A stretch of DNA of 64,000 bases, taken from assembly GCA_012295275.1 (NCBI GenBank), contig CM022670.1:11780001-11844000 (forward strand), in the 5' to 3' direction. The DNA comes from Chrysomallon squamiferum (Eukaryota; Animalia; Mollusca). This document shows positions 39,101-53,469 of the stretch, in pieces. Positions within the stretch are counted from its first letter, which is position 1. Each line of letters starts with the position of its first letter. Position numbers and translations under genes: made by a program. The notes below the pieces were generated by a model, which saw nothing but the letters and a program-made list of their open reading frames with translations, was not told where the DNA came from and did not search any database.

Positions 39101-40723
39101 TAATGTTATTGATTAGATCAGTGTTTACCAACAAAGGGACAGTTATAACTACATGGGGCAATTTTAATTTACAGTGGAGCAATTTGATATATGATGTATT
39201 AAGAAAAAAACAATTTCTGAACCCATTAAGGTTGAGTCCAAGAAATTCGGCCATGATCATACAGCTAATTTAGGTATGCAGATTATAAATATGAATAATA
39301 TGTGTTTTTCAGTTTATCAGGAAATAGTAAAAATTCCTAAAGGAGCAGTACATGTTAATGTGATAGAAGCACGGCAGTCAAAAAATTATCTTGGTAAGTG
39401 TTTGTGAAATATTTCTCAGTTTTTAGCGAAACTTAACAAAACCAGACCTTCACTGAACTGAAATTCAATCAAGTGTTCTGAGATACAAACTTAACACTCT
39501 TCCAAACTGAAATTTTTACAACAGTGTTTGGCTTTGCAAAGTTTTCACTGTAATTAATTCTTGTAATTATTATTATTACACAGTTATTGTTGTTTTCATT
39601 CTTATTCTTATTCTTATTCTTACTGGCTAGCAATGAGAAATGCTGAAGGCAAGTACCACATTAATGGAGACTGGACAATAGACTGGCCACGGAAGTTCCA
39701 TGTGGCTGGGACAGTTGTCCATTATGAGAGACCAGAGAGGTCTGAGAAAGGCTTGGAGTCAATGAAGGCTATAGGACCAACTAGTGAAGACTTGATCATC
39801 ATGGTAACCTTTCATTTTCATCACGTTTCTATTTCATGTTTATCATTATGTTAATATATTACTGGTATTGTGTCGTTTTTTTTTTTTTTTTAACTAAAAT
39901 GTCAGTAAAATTTAATGAAGATTAAAAACATTTTACATAACATCATAAAGATTTGAGATACATGTAAGTCATTTTGAATTTAATTACTAAATTTATTATA
40001 TAAATAATTGAAAGTGACTTTGAGAAAGTTGATAGAGGTTATAGTGTTAAGAAATAATGGATCTTGTCAATGCCAGTCATCGTATAATCCAAGCAAATTT
40101 CTCTCAAATTAAACCATTTTGTTTCTCAGCCTTTCATTTGAAACTGGAAAAAAGTGAAAATTTATTAAGGTACATGATCAAAATAACAACAACAACAATA
40201 ACAACAAAAAAAAAAATTCAAAAATCATACTGAAGAAAAAGCACCACCAATAGGGACATAATCTACAAATCTTTGTAAATCTGCTGAATATTTTGATGTT
40301 GATGCATACAAAGAAATATTTTTTTTTCAAATAACATTGTCTAAAGTGATATATTTGAGTTATTTATTTTACAAACATTTCACACTTCTAAAATTATAAA
40401 TGCTAAGGAATTTCATTTCATTCTGATTTATGATTTTCAATTTTACTTGTATAAACTAAAAGCTTATGTATGAAAATCAAGGTGACATATTTTCTGTTTC
40501 ATGTTAAAATCAGAATGTGTTTTTGATCCTGTATTTCAGATGTTACTACAAGAAGAAAACTTAGGTATCAACTTTTCTTATAATTTACCTGTGAACACCT
40601 CAAACAAACATGATCTTTCTTTGTACACCTGGAAACATTCCCCCTGGTCAGACTGTTCCGAAACTTGTGCTAGAGGTTTGTCTTAAAAAGAGCAGTTACA
40701 TTTTAGATAGCTTCTCTGTTTCA

Positions 40724-40756
<33 letters not shown>

Positions 40757-43700
40757 TTTTGTCCTATGCTTCATCTAAATCACCATAAGGTAAACAAATA
40801 TTTTTATTTTTATTTTTTTTAAATTTATGTAATAACGAAATAAATTTAAGTTCAGAAAGATCCTCTATAAATTGATTAACAATCTGGCAAAATGTTACAA
40901 TATTTTATTATTTTTAGATTGTATTTATAGAGATAATTACTACCTGTACATATAATAATAATAATAAAAATTATAAAAAATAACTAAATAAACAAATAAT
41001 TATTATTGGATAAAAAAATTTGTATGTATATTTAATTATATATATATATATATACCCCCCACACACACACAGATACTTATAAAAGATTTATATTTGATAA
41101 ACTTTATAATAAATCTGTACAGGTGTGAGTCGCTCTGTGTCTCAGTGTGTGAGAAAGTCTGACACAATGGTTCTCGATGATTCATACTGTCATCCTCAGC
41201 CCAAACCAAGCGACCTCAAGAAATACTGCAACGAGGAACCCTGTCCTCCCCAGTGAGTGTCCTGCACGTGTAAAACTGTTGTCAGTGATTCTAATAGTGA
41301 TTCAACCACAACTTTAACCAAATTAAAGAAAATAATCCTAGCCAGTCTGATGCCTAAACCAAATCAAAGAGATTAATTCCTCTTATTTTGGTGCCATTGC
41401 TCAGCTAACCAAATCAAATAGATTGATTTAATGTCATTGCAAAAAACTAATTTTAACTGTCAGAACTTTTTAATTTTCATCCTCATGAGGCATCAAATAA
41501 ATCCAAGCCCATTTCAGTGACTGACATATAACATAATACAAATGAAAGTCCTTTCTGTTTGATCCACAAATATATAATGTATGATACCAAGCAGTTGTTA
41601 GCTTTAACTGAATATAAAGAACGACATATGCTGATATGGCAAGATGAATGGGTTTCATGATACTGAGAACAAAAAAAAACAACAACAACAAATCAACAAA
41701 CATTCTGTAATATTGTCAGTATAAAACCGCAGACATTGACCGCCATGTTGAATGTTATTAAATGCAGTTTTGTTTAATCAGGTGGTCAGTAGGTCTGTGG
41801 ACACAGTGTAGTAATACGTGTGGAGAAGGCAAACAGAGCCGCTCGGTGAGCTGTGTCCAGGCCATGATGGACACGGAGGTCATTCTAGACGACTCTGAAT
41901 GCCCCAAGGACAAGCCTCTGATGGAGAAGTTTTGTCTGTTAGGGAAATGTCCGTCCGACTGGTTCACTGACGAGTGGTCTGAGGTGTGTTGTGTTTCTCA
42001 ATACAAGAGTGTAAATAATTATATTACTCTTTTCAGTAGACTAACGATAGTCTTATTATTGTCTTCACTAGACTGAGAACAGTTTTATAACTTTTTTCAG
42101 TAGACTAACAACAGTTATTTTACTGTCTCCAGTAGATTAAGAATAGGTATAACTTTTCAGTAGACTAATAACAGTTACTATCTTCAACAGACTAAGAAGT
42201 TATATAACTATCTTCACTAGACTAACAAGAACCATTTTACGAACTGTCTTCAGTAGACTAACAAGTTATATTACTATTTTGCTATCTTCACTAGAATAAA
42301 AATACTTATTTTTACCATAGACTAACATATTTTTATTACTACCTCCTTAGAAGACTATTATTATCTTCAATAAACTAAATAATAATTTAAAAAGTATAAA
42401 TATATATATATATATATATAAATATAAAATATTCTTATATAATCATTATTTGAATGATCATTAATCACTGACTTATCATTAAAATGAAATACGATGTTAT
42501 TCAGTGTGATGTGCCGTGTGGACCAGGCAAAATGCATCGGCGCATTTTCTGCATGACCAATGATGGCAAATCCTATCTGGAGGACAGCAAGTGTGACCAG
42601 GACAAACGTCCAGCGACCTGGAAAACCTGCATGAACCAAAAATGTCCTCCTCCAAGATGGGTGGTGGGAGAGTGGGGAGAGGTGAGCATGATATCAGTGA
42701 ACAGAATTGTGTGGCTTTAAAATCTTTTTTTTTTTTTTCCTGTTATCTGGTTATGATGAAATGTTAAGTTCTTTGCAAAATTTACATAATACCTAGACTT
42801 TCTCTTTGTAATTAGTTAGATATGCAAAAAAAAAAAAAAAAATAAAATAAAAATAAAATTTATATTCAGTGGACTGTGTCAAAACTGGATTTACTCGGCA
42901 TCTACGAGATGTGCAGTTTTAGATACAGTGCCGGTTTATAAAGATTAAAATGACATGAAATTGAATTATTTTTTTTTTCTTTCTTTTTTTTTTTTTTTTT
43001 TACAAATGTTACAATTAAAACTCTATCGAGAAACAGTCTGTCACTGATTAGTCTTTTTTTTTTTTTGGGGGTATTTTTAGAAAAAAAATCAAATTAATTT
43101 TTTTTTTCAGTTCAAAACATATATCTCACCAAAGCAGTCGCCAGTCATTGTATGGCATCCATGTTTAAAATCGTTGTCAGAAGTCTGTCTTTCGGTATTA
43201 GCAGCAAAATATTTAATTTGTTTTATAAGTTCAAAAACATAAGTGTACGAAAGTTCGGTCATCCGGTCATTGTATGTATCATCTGTCCGTTCAGATTTTT
43301 TTAATTTTCCGATTGATACTTTCTGTCCAAATATTGCGGGTAATGGTCACTACATTTTAAAATGTCAATTACTGTCTGTGTTCATATTTTAAACTGCTTA
43401 GCCATTTTGCGATCGGCCAGCGTTATTCCCGTCAAATTACAGTGGAACCTCGGATTACGATCTTAATTCTTTCCAGAACTCGTAAACCGAATTGTACGTA
43501 AACCGAAGCGAAGTCAGACACACGAACGCCACTCTCATGTTTTGCAATTATTTCTTTCTTAACCTCTAGTGTGATACGTTTATACTTTCCATCAGCATTA
43601 TCGCGTTCATTTTTTGTTTTCTTGGGCGCCATATTGGATAGGGTATAATAAAAAAATATATACATAAAAGCACCAACCAAAAATGCGAGCGCACTATTTT

Positions 43701-45744
43701 AATGCAAAAGCTATTGAGCTGTAACTGCGTATCGAAGACTGAAGGCCCTAATTCATGATATATATTTGCTATTGGGCATGCCTATAATCCTTACTTTGAC
43801 CTCGGTTTTGAGTTACCATCTAGTCTTATCTTTACTAGATGTTGACGTCAAAACCGACGTCAAAAGAAACCTTGTCGTCACGCGCTGCTGTAGTTCGTAA
43901 CTCGGGACATTATCCGTAAACCGAGACAAAAATTGCCGAATATCACAGTTCGTAATCCGACTTGTTCGTGTTTCGAGGCGTTCGTTTTCCGAGGTTCCAC
44001 TGTATATTTATTAATAAATCATGTGACCAACTGCATGAATAGTTGCAAAAATGCAGTATTTTTATGCTCTGATTAGAGGTTGACACTAAACATTGGTCTT
44101 TTAAACTTGTATTCAAACCAAATTAAATTGAGATGGATTATGATAACTGACTTAACAGAATTACATGTACAGTAAAGATTATAATTAACAAACCCACCTA
44201 AGTAAAGATCCGAGAATCGAGAAAGCAGGCTGACAAAAATTGTAAATAAATATAAGAATAATAATTTAAAAAAAAAGCCATTGTTAAATAATTTTATCAC
44301 ACACGACATATTTTGTTAAATCCCTGTGTTATTAGAAAAAGCACATCGATGTATACGTGTAGATGTTTAATTTTAGGTTTGTGACAATGGCTTGGTTACG
44401 TCGTATTGTCTTATTTCAGCTTTACAAAACCAACGTTTCGTCCTAATGTGTCTAGAGGGAGAAGTGACTTCTCGTAAACCCGACACAGCAAAATTATTCT
44501 GTTTACAAAGTGGATTTGATGAAAATGAGTCTATTGATATTGCTTTAGAAAGTTCGATACACTGTTGTTTTTTTTAATTTTTTTTAGGTCTCTCTGCCAT
44601 AACGTCTAATTCAGTAAGACAGTGCAAAATGTGCGCCATACATATTTATGCATTCTTCTGCTTTGACACTAAATCTAAATGAGTGAATTTAGGTGAATAT
44701 AGTAATCACAAGAAGTATTAAACCTTAATTATTAAACCTTCAAAGATGCGCGAACATTTCGACTCTCGCGCTAGCCAAATAACGTGCATGTTGCCACTAA
44801 TTTTTGGAGAAATGATCGCGTTGCAAAACTGTGAGCCAAAACTAATTACTATACAGCTTTTTTTTTTTTTTTTTTTTTGTTGTTGTTGTTTTTGTTGTTG
44901 TTGTTCTGGAATTTACACGCAAAATCCGATGTTGACAATGACAATGACTATAGTCTCATAAATTATAGGATTACACAAGACAGAAGACTGCGTTACGGAT
45001 GCATAATAACAGAATTAAAATGCACGTCCGGATTAGAGAGGGTTTTGTTCATAATCGATTAATTAATTTTAAGACTGAAATTATATCTAAAATAATTTTT
45101 TATTATTAATTTTTTTAAAAATATTATGAGTACTGTGGATAAGGATATTTTATGTGTTTGTTTTTTTAATCATTTAAATATGTTGCTGTTTATTTTCTTA
45201 AATATATTAATTTTATAACTGTATTATATTCTATTATTATTATTATTATTATTATTATTTTAGTGCTCTGTGGACTGTGGACGAGGTCAACAAAGACGAA
45301 ATGTTCAGTGTCGATCGTTTTCTCACAAAGCAAGCAGCAAATGTCTGACTGCGAACAAGCCTGTAACAGTGAGACCTTGTGAAAATAGTTGCGACGGAGA
45401 AGATGAGGATGGTAATTCAGTTAAATTTTTGTAAAGTTATAAATGAAACAGATGTTATTCATAGCGATATTAAAACGTCATAGGCCTTAGATAGCTGGAA
45501 GTGTGTGTGTATGTGATGTTTACATATATATATATATATATAAAAGAAATATATATAACTGTGATAAGTTAAGAAGTGTTTCTGTTTTGCAGTGTGTGAA
45601 GACAAATATAAAGTCGCCTACTGCCCTCTGGTGTTGAGATTTGGTTTCTGCGACCGGGAGTACTTTCAAAAGATGTGTTGTAAAACGTGTGCCAACAACC
45701 AGAAGACAACACGACAACACACCAACAAACACAGACCGAAATAA
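28433..45744 (+). CDS. ADAMTS6/10-like secreted metalloprotease, ~24 exons
   Basis: Signal peptide exon 28433-28559 ([20 protein letters not shown]); prodomain 30796-31220; furin site [10 protein letters not shown]; Zn motif HEIGHNFGMHHD split over 34677-34693/35114; TSR1 [21 protein letters not shown]; Cys-rich and spacer regions ([15 protein letters not shown]); four C-terminal TSRs; PLAC domain [32 protein letters not shown]; stop TAA 45742-45744. The Zn motif and PLAC sequence fit the ADAMTS6/ADAMTS10 clade. Confidence 0.92.
31678..32105. repeat. ~26-bp minisatellite starting at an ADAMTS exon end/splice donor
   Basis: First unit tgtggtgttagtg|gtaagttttaacac includes the last codons (C-G-V-S) and the donor; more than ten decaying copies follow in the intron. 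Confidence 0.85.
33330..33425. repeat. 32-bp tandem repeat x3 starting at an ADAMTS splice donor
   Basis: atcacaag|gtataaatatttataattattttt / atcatgaggtataaatatatataattattttc / attatgagctataaatatttatgattattctc. Confidence 0.8.
36361..36596. repeat. 56-bp minisatellite x4 starting at an ADAMTS splice donor
   Basis: AAAGGG|GTAAGCTCTGTTTA recurs at 36361, 36417, 36473, 36529, with a partial copy at ~36585. Confidence 0.92.
42025..42330. repeat. ~30-bp degenerate intronic minisatellite
   Basis: Repeated cttcagtagactaac core. Confidence 0.8.
43440..44002 (-). mobile_element. Internally deleted Tigger/pogo DNA transposon in an ADAMTS intron
   Basis: 21-bp TIRs CAGTGGAACCTCGGATTACGA / TCGTTTTCCGAGGTTCCACTG (19/21), TA target duplication on both sides. 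Minus-strand MAPKK...[28 protein letters not shown] resembles the N-terminal CENP-B/psq-type HTH of Tigger transposases. No DDD domain. Confidence 0.9.
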
Positions 45745-46577
45745 AACTCTCTTATTTATTTAAAGTAAATCTTAATAATTTTTTTTTTTTTTTTTTTAAT
45801 TTTAACATCTTTTTTTATTCTACAATGAAACATTTTCTTTTCTTTTCTTTTTCTTTTTCGTTTTTCGTTTTTCTTATCACTTTACACACACTCGCACACG
45901 TATACATACATACACACATTCATAAAGTAAAATTTAGAAAACCGATATAATTTGCTTGATAAAACCGTCCGTCACTGTTGTTTAAAACTTCTAAAACATT
46001 TCTTAATTAATCGTTGTTTAAAGTGCATCCTTATTGGTAAGAACAAATATGTCTAAATGTAATATTGCTGTTGGTATTGTTATTATTATTATTTTGTCGC
46101 ATAATTAACAGGAAGTATAACAACAAAAGGGTGCAATTTAAAAAAAAAAAAATAAAAATCTGTTCATTACACAATACGTCGTGGCCTTCGGTTAGAGTGA
46201 GAGCGGATTAACTCACCTAGCAAGAGTCACCTCCAGTTACCTCGTGATGACTCCGTAAGAAATTGATAGGATGGCAGGTGTTCAAATCTTTGTTTAATAT
46301 AATACTATCATACTTTGTAAATCACATGGCAGATCGCCCAACCAATCAAATAAAACCAGGAACTTTAAAGACTGTTATTTGATCATTTGTTTACATCGCT
46401 ACAAGATGATTCCAAGAAAGATAATACAATGACTTGACTACACAGATAGTTACAATTCAATACAAACATTGGAAGCTATTTATCACAAGAGGTAACAAAA
46501 AAAAACCGCAACCTGTTTAAAAAAGTCAAAAAAACAACATTTTGGACCCCCGCAACCTGTTTAAGCTTTTTGGAAGT

Positions 46578-46650
46578 CAAGGGTCGGCAACCTTTTGGAG
46601 AGAGGGGGCCAGATAGCTATGCAAGATATCAGATGTGTTACGTATGCGCG

Positions 46651-46683
<33 letters not shown>

Positions 46684-46836
46684 CGATATCTATACCAAAA
46701 AGGGATACTAGGACGTAAGGCTGCGTTGGTCTGAAGATTTAATGTCACTGAAAAAACAATGTAATAAATGGTGTCCAAGTGTTCATCTGGCGGGCCGGAC
46801 TGAAGTCCCTCACTGGCCAAGGGATCCCAATCCCTG
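46578..46836. mobile_element. Degraded hAT-Charlie-like non-autonomous element
   Basis: Left end CAAGGGTCGGCAACCTTTT...GGGGGCCAGA, internal GGCGGGCCGGA, right end ...CCCAATCCCTG. No clear TSD. Confidence 0.5.
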
Positions 46837-48321
46837 AGCTAAATACACCTCATTAAACGTAAACTATTTACATTCAGCAATTAAAGCAATAATTTTAATA
46901 TGTAAAAATATATGAATATACATAGAATATGTTTTATCTACATCACATCACGCAAGTCGTTTAGAATTTGGTTAAAAAATATGTTGCCCCTAATAAAAAT
47001 CTATAATAAATTGTTTTTGTGTTTTGTTTCATTATTAATAAATTCTGTATTCATACGCACATACATATCTACATACACACACTGTAACATACATGCCTCG
47101 CATACCTACATTTGTATTCACTTTAGACATTATTATTAGACTACAGAATTACAGCGAATACAACCCACAGACAGAAAGGACTGCAGAACACATCATCTTT
47201 AATACAACAAAAAAGCAAGCGATTATATTGAAACCACTCTAAAATAGATAAACTGATATTTAAATATAACCCTAACCATATAATTCTGTGAATATCATAT
47301 ATACCTAATACTCAAGCACACGTTTGTACTAATCAGGATTAATTTAACACCTATATTTTCTGTTTACCTTGGTGTATATGTATGGATATGTATCTATGTA
47401 TGTATGTATGTATGTATGTATGTTCCTATCTATATATCTACATAGATAGACAAGATAGACAGATTAGATAGATATGAAGAAATTTTAAATAATTGTCATT
47501 TCTAGTTTATTTTTCCATCTTCAGTCTATTACCGTTTCTGTATTACTGCATGAAAAATGAACTGAATTACTTTATTTTCAGGAAGACACTTTGATCTTTG
47601 TCACATTAAACTGTCGATATATAATCTGATGCTGCTTTGTAAAAGTTACGACATATAACACCTTCAACTTTTGTTTGTTAGTGCTTTCTTCCGCAGTTGA
47701 TGACACTTGATGTAAACTCGCTACATCTGTTTGTTATAAAATAACATTAACAGTGTATACTGCTCAAACAAAAGAAGTTCAAAATCGAACTAGAAAAACT
47801 AGGGTTCAGAGAGAGAGAGAGAAAGTATCTATTACTTTATTATAACCCACATTAGCCGATTGTCTTTCATTTGAGAAAAAAGGTAACCTAGTCTACTCTT
47901 GCTCTTAATAATAAAATAAAATAAAATAAAATATTTAAGAATGTGTTCGTGGGGAACGATCACTCCCTTGACTCGCCCTTCCTCTAGCTACTTCACGACT
48001 GACGTGAAATAAAGACAGAAAGAGACTTGGATTGCTGAGTTAAGAGAGTTTTAGAACGGAATGAAAGAAGGATGACTAAAGAAGAAGAAGACGGCAGATG
48101 AACGACAGAACGAGAGTAAAGGAAAAGAGAGCAAATAAAAGTAAGGAAGGAAGAAGAAAATTAAGATAAATATTACACAAATGTTCAGTAACTTTTTTAT
48201 TTACATCTTTTTAAAGAAAGTATTCTTCTAAGACAAAGACAACAGGAAAGGAAGTATTTTATTACTGGTATTATGTTATTAACTATTGGAAAATAGGATC
48301 ATTTGAAGTAATGACACAGAG

Positions 48322-48899
48322 ATGAATCGGTCTAAGTTTACTGGTGCGTCGTTGCTTTTGACACTTTGGTGTATTTTCACCAACTGGAACGTTTGTCTTG
48401 GAACGTGTAACAGCAAAACGGGGCCTTCGGGTTCTGTGGACTGTTTTCTTGGCACGCCATATTACTCTAAATATCAATGGGGAACCTGTCTCACCAACAG
48501 CTACATTCAACAGAAGTCTGGCGGAAAATACCACTGCAGGAACAGGAACGCTAAATATTGTTATTTCCAGTGCATGGTGGAGACTCATGATCTTGACGAA
48601 GGACCAGTTTATTCAGACTGTGAATGCACTCCTGGAGCAACCCGCGCACCCACAGAATCACCCACTGGTACTCCCCTAACTACTCTACCGCCGTGGTGTT
48701 CAAGTCCCGACGGGTCGGACTGTTCGTGGTACAGGCAATGCTTAGAAAAGAAGTACCCGTGTGAAGACTCGCAGAATGGTTACGCCATCAGTTACGCTGA
48801 AAAGTTTTGTTTCTTGTACACGAAATCTTCGACGAGTTTCTCTAGTATTGGGCAGGTATGTCAGATCGGATTATGTTATCGATCCATCTTTAATTCGTC

Positions 48900-48940
<41 letters not shown>

Positions 48941-48958
48941 TATTATTATTATTATTAT

Positions 48959-49011
<53 letters not shown>

Positions 49012-50327
49012 ATAGTAGTAGTAGTAGTAGTATAATTACTACTAGTAATACTCCTACTACTACCATTATTATTATATTTATTACAGAAATGGATAAATGC
49101 TGTGAGGAAATGTCTTCAGGTATCCTTGGTGCCTCTATTACGTCCCTGGGAATCCCCTTCATGTCGAGATATCAGGGACCGCGCCTTTGCCTCGTTCTCA
49201 GACTGCTATCTGCATCCTTATCGAGGAGATCTTCAATCTGTGATTTGCCTGTAGGAGACTGGTGGAAAGTATTCTGGACAATCAAAGGCACATTTCCAAA
49301 TGCATCAGTTGCCTCTTTGAAAGGGACGTTAGATTCAATGCTGAGGTGTGGCAAACAGTACATGGGCGATGTCTACCCGTTCGTTCGGATAATTAAGCTG
49401 GATGTCGCAAACAACGTGGAACATTACCCAGCAGACGAAAACATTCAGGAGATTAGAAATTCAACGTATGAAAACATTCACGAGAAAAGAAATTCAACAT
49501 ATGAAAATATTCATGAGAAGAGAAATTCAACAGATGAAAACATTTATAGAAACAAAAATCTGACTAGTGACGAAAGGCTAGCTGAGTACATCGGTAAAAT
49601 AGTTGACGCTGTTGCTGCCAGAATGGACTGGAAATCGAAAGGCGTTGGGTGGTTTGCTTTTGTGTCAAACGAGACTGTTCTTGCACAAGTGTTAAACATT
49701 TCAATTATCATCGCTGACAGGTTTAATTTGGACGTTGATGTTCAAGTCAGAAGACAAACATCTCTAAACCTAAACGAGATAATGCAGTCGTTTTCAGACG
49801 CTGTCAAAAACGGCTCTCTTCAAATTGACGTCGATGAATCCAAGCCAATTAAAATCAATAAACTCGTCATCTGCCAAGATGTTGAATGTAATCAAATGGA
49901 AACGCCCTTTGTGTTAACATCGTTAACACAGACTGGTCCAGTATCTACATCAACAGCTTCAGTGCCGATCACGTTCAATCCAAGAACATCTACATTACCT
50001 TCTTCGACGTCTACACAGACTGGTCCAACATCTACATCAACAACTTCTTCGCCAGTAGCAAAAACACAAGTACCAACGTCTTCTGGATCAACTACAGCTA
50101 TGTATCTGCGAACATCAGCCTACATGCTAGACGTGTCGTTGTCAGCTAAATCAGGCTTCACAATGAAGACATCCCCACTATCAACAGCATTGATGACAAC
50201 GTCGGTGTCGACTCGGTCCGTGGTGAAACAATTCAGAATGGTTACTGGACTTTCTCCAAATTTAGGAATCTCTGCTGTCGTAGTTGGTGTCGTATCGGTT
50301 CATGTGCTGCACGCTATTTCAAGCTGA
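48322..50327 (+). CDS. Secreted Cys-rich, putatively GPI-anchored protein, array copy 1 (type A); 1-nt frameshift at ~49229
   Basis: Exon 1 48322-48855 (signal peptide, Cys-rich domain, T/P linker, PPWCSSPDGSDCSWYRQCLEKKYPC), exon 2 49087-50327. Versus paralogs (CGA GGA GCG TCT TCA) this copy reads CGA GGA GA TCT TCA, giving TAG at 49252. The downstream frame is open through a Ser/Thr stalk to a hydrophobic C-terminus. Confidence 0.75.
49435..49550 (+). repeat. 33-bp coding tandem repeat (ENIHEKRNSTY) x~3.5
   Basis: gaaaatattcatgagaagagaaattcaacatat units; also present at ~58860-58975 and ~62083-62200. Confidence 0.9.
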
Positions 50328-51654
50328 AACAAGAACTTTGTAAAATCACTATTATTTTTATTAAGCTTTATTATACTTTATGCTTATTATTACATGTTTA
50401 GTTAAGACACCTTATCGAAATATTATTGTCTGATTTGTCTGTAATTTAAGTATTGTTTTTAACATCTTTCCTTTTTATATACTTTTTTAAAATATAATTT
50501 GTACATAAATAGATTTTAGTTTAATTATATTCAGTATTTTATATTTCTATTTATTTATTTATTTATTTAGTTAGTTAGTTAGTTAGTTTCTTACTTAATT
50601 ATCTGGTTATTATTTTAAAGTTTATCTGTGGATATATAAAGGACAAGTGTAAATATATTCTGAATTCTCTAAAAATGGAAATGTCATGACGTCACGATTT
50701 TACTTGTAAAGAGGTAACATGACAGCATTTTATTTTATTGTAATACTTTTCTGATTAAATGAACGTATATTTATAAAACATAATTAAATTAAATGAAAGT
50801 ATTATATTTAACAAATGTGTTAATTATATTAACATATTATAATTAATTATTATGTTTAAAATATGTATTAAAGTAATAAAGCGTATTGTATGAAATGAAT
50901 GTATTAAATTATAAAAAATAAAACAAACAACCACATTAAACTACGGACCTAATTTCTTAATACACAGAATGTGGCTGTAAAAGAATATTTTATTGACAAA
51001 AAAGAGATAATTTAATAAAAAAAAAATTAAAAACAAATTGAAAAAAGGGAAACAAATAAATTGTATAAGATATTAAATTACATGAACGTCATAAATATTA
51101 ATAAATATTAAAGTATATTGATGACATACATAAAATATAACGACTGATAATTTAAAGCGAAAATATATAATGAAAGATTTTAATGAGAAAATATGGACGT
51201 TGGAAATTAAGATTTATAAATAATTCATTTTGACTAAAATTCTGTCGAACTGAACATATTATTTCATTAAATATTAAATAATACACAGCCGACACACATA
51301 ACACACTGAAACGACACGATTACGAAACACCAATTAATAAACAAAACAGCTCACGCATAATTAGCATTCTTTCTGCTGTGTTTTGCAATGACAAGAAACC
51401 ACATCGACATATGTATTTTTTCTAAAAACGCTCTGTATTTCGCAAGATGCACAAAAAATTATGTATTCCTAATTGGGTCAGCAAGATAACGACAAAAAAA
51501 AAAGGTCAATTGTTTTCAATATCACAACCAGGAAGATGTTATCGGATTACTCATGTGACACAGCCAGGTACATAAAGATTTTACATTTTTGGGTCTTGTT
51601 TGTTGCATACATCTAAGCTTTTGTGAAGAAATCCTTTGATGTTAACAGTAAACA

Positions 51655-53469
51655 ATGTATTGGTCAAGATTTACTGGTGCGTCGTTGCTTTTCACAATTT
51701 GGTGTATTTTCACTAACTGGAACGTTTGTCTTGGAAGGTGTAATCCTGACACTGGGCCTTCGGGTTCTGTGGACTGTTTTCTAGGCGCGCCATATAACTC
51801 TAAATATCAATGGGGAACCTGTCTCACTGACAGCTACATTCAACAGAAGTCTGGAGGAAAATACAAATGTCGAGATTCAACGGTTACTTACTGTTATTAT
51901 CAATGTATGATTGAAGTTCATGATCTGGACCATGGCCCTGTATATTCTGACTGTCTATGTTCAGGCGGGACAAACTCACCAGCTACAGGTACTACAAATA
52001 CTGGTGCTCCCCTAACTACTCTACCGCCGTGGTGTTCAAGTCCCGACGGGTCGGACTGTTCGTGGTACAGGCAATGCTTAGAAAAGAAGTATCCGTGTGA
52101 AGACTCGAAGTATGGTTACGCCATCAGTTACGCTGAAAAGTTTTGTAATTTATATACCAAGTCTTCGACCAGCTTCTCTAGCATTGGACAGGTAGGTTTG
52201 AATCGGTCTCTTTGATTTTCTGTTGAACTTTCTTTTTGTTTTTTCTTTCTTATATTTCACGTTCTTATTTTCGGTGATAACTGAGATTTTTATTCTTTCG
52301 TTTCATTGTTTTCTGATTTCTCACACACTTATCTCCGATCCTTTTCTATTTCCGCTATTATATAATGTCTCATTACAGTTTCGGAATGTAATGATAATAA
52401 TTAAAACTGGAATAAATCATAGTTAAGATTCTTCGTCTTCTTTTTCTACTTCTACTTCTTATCATCATCTTCATTATCTTCATCAGTATCATCGTCATTA
52501 TCATCATCATCATCATTATCACCATCATCATTACGATTATCATCATCAATAGTATTGTTATCATTATTACAGAAATGGATAAATGCTACGAGGAAATGTC
52601 TTCAGGTATCCCTGGTGCCTCTGTTGCGTCCCTGGGAATCTCCTTCCTGTCGAGATATCAAGGTCCGCGCCTTTGCGTCGCATACAAATTGCTACCTGCA
52701 TCCTCACCGAGGCGCTCCTTCTATATGTGACTTACCCGTAGGAGACTGGTGGAAGGTATTCTGGACAATCAAAAGCGCCTATGTTCAAGCGACGCTGCCA
52801 GTTTTCAAAGGAACGTTGGAAACTGTAATCGGGTGCGGCAACCAGTACATGGAGGAAGCGTACGAATTCATCAGAATAATACGACTACAAGTGACAAACG
52901 TGATTAACCGATTCAAAACGTCTGCTGATGAAAACCCGTTGGACGCTCTGGCCGGGGATGTGGCTGATTCTATTGCAGAGCAGCTTGGCTGGAAGTCGAG
53001 TGGAGTTGGGTGGTTTGCTTATGCAGAGAACGACACTCTTGAACCAACTGAAAAACAGCCAATCGTGAACATTTCCATCATTATAGCTGACCAGTCCCAG
53101 CTGGATGTCAATGTTAACAGTTCCACGATTTTGAATTTAAATGAAACGGTGGATACTTTGGCGGATGCTATCCAAAGTGGATGTCTGAAAATTAAAATAA
53201 AAGGAAAGTCGGACGAAGTTTCGATCAAGACGATGATGATATGTGTTGACGTTGCATGTAATAACACATACATGATGGTTTTCGGAGCAGCAACTTCTTC
53301 TGGATCAAGTACATCTCCTTATCTACCAACATCAAGCTTGACAGTGAAGACATCCCCAGCATCAACAGCATCGACTCGGTCCGTGGTGAAATTTTATCCA
53401 AATTTAGGAATCTCTGCTGTCGTTGTTGGTGTCGTATCGGTTCATGTGCTGCACGCTATTTCAAGCTGA
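51655..53469 (+). CDS. Secreted Cys-rich, putatively GPI-anchored protein, array copy 2 (type B core with type A tail), ~477 aa
   Basis: Exons 51655-52191 and 52573-53469, phase-0 GT-AG intron, intact frame; ends NLGISAVVVGVVSVHVLHAISS*. Confidence 0.88.

Noticed and set aside
46175-46265. GC-richer stretch with an A-box-like GTGGCCTTCGGTTAGAGT, considered as tRNA/SINE
   Set aside because: No cloverleaf or properly spaced B box could be built.
49089-49230. ORF-track N-terminus MDKCCEEMSSG of the 412-aa ORF
   Set aside because: Off-frame reading of exon 2 upstream of the frameshift; the paralog-supported frame is KWINAVRKCLQ.
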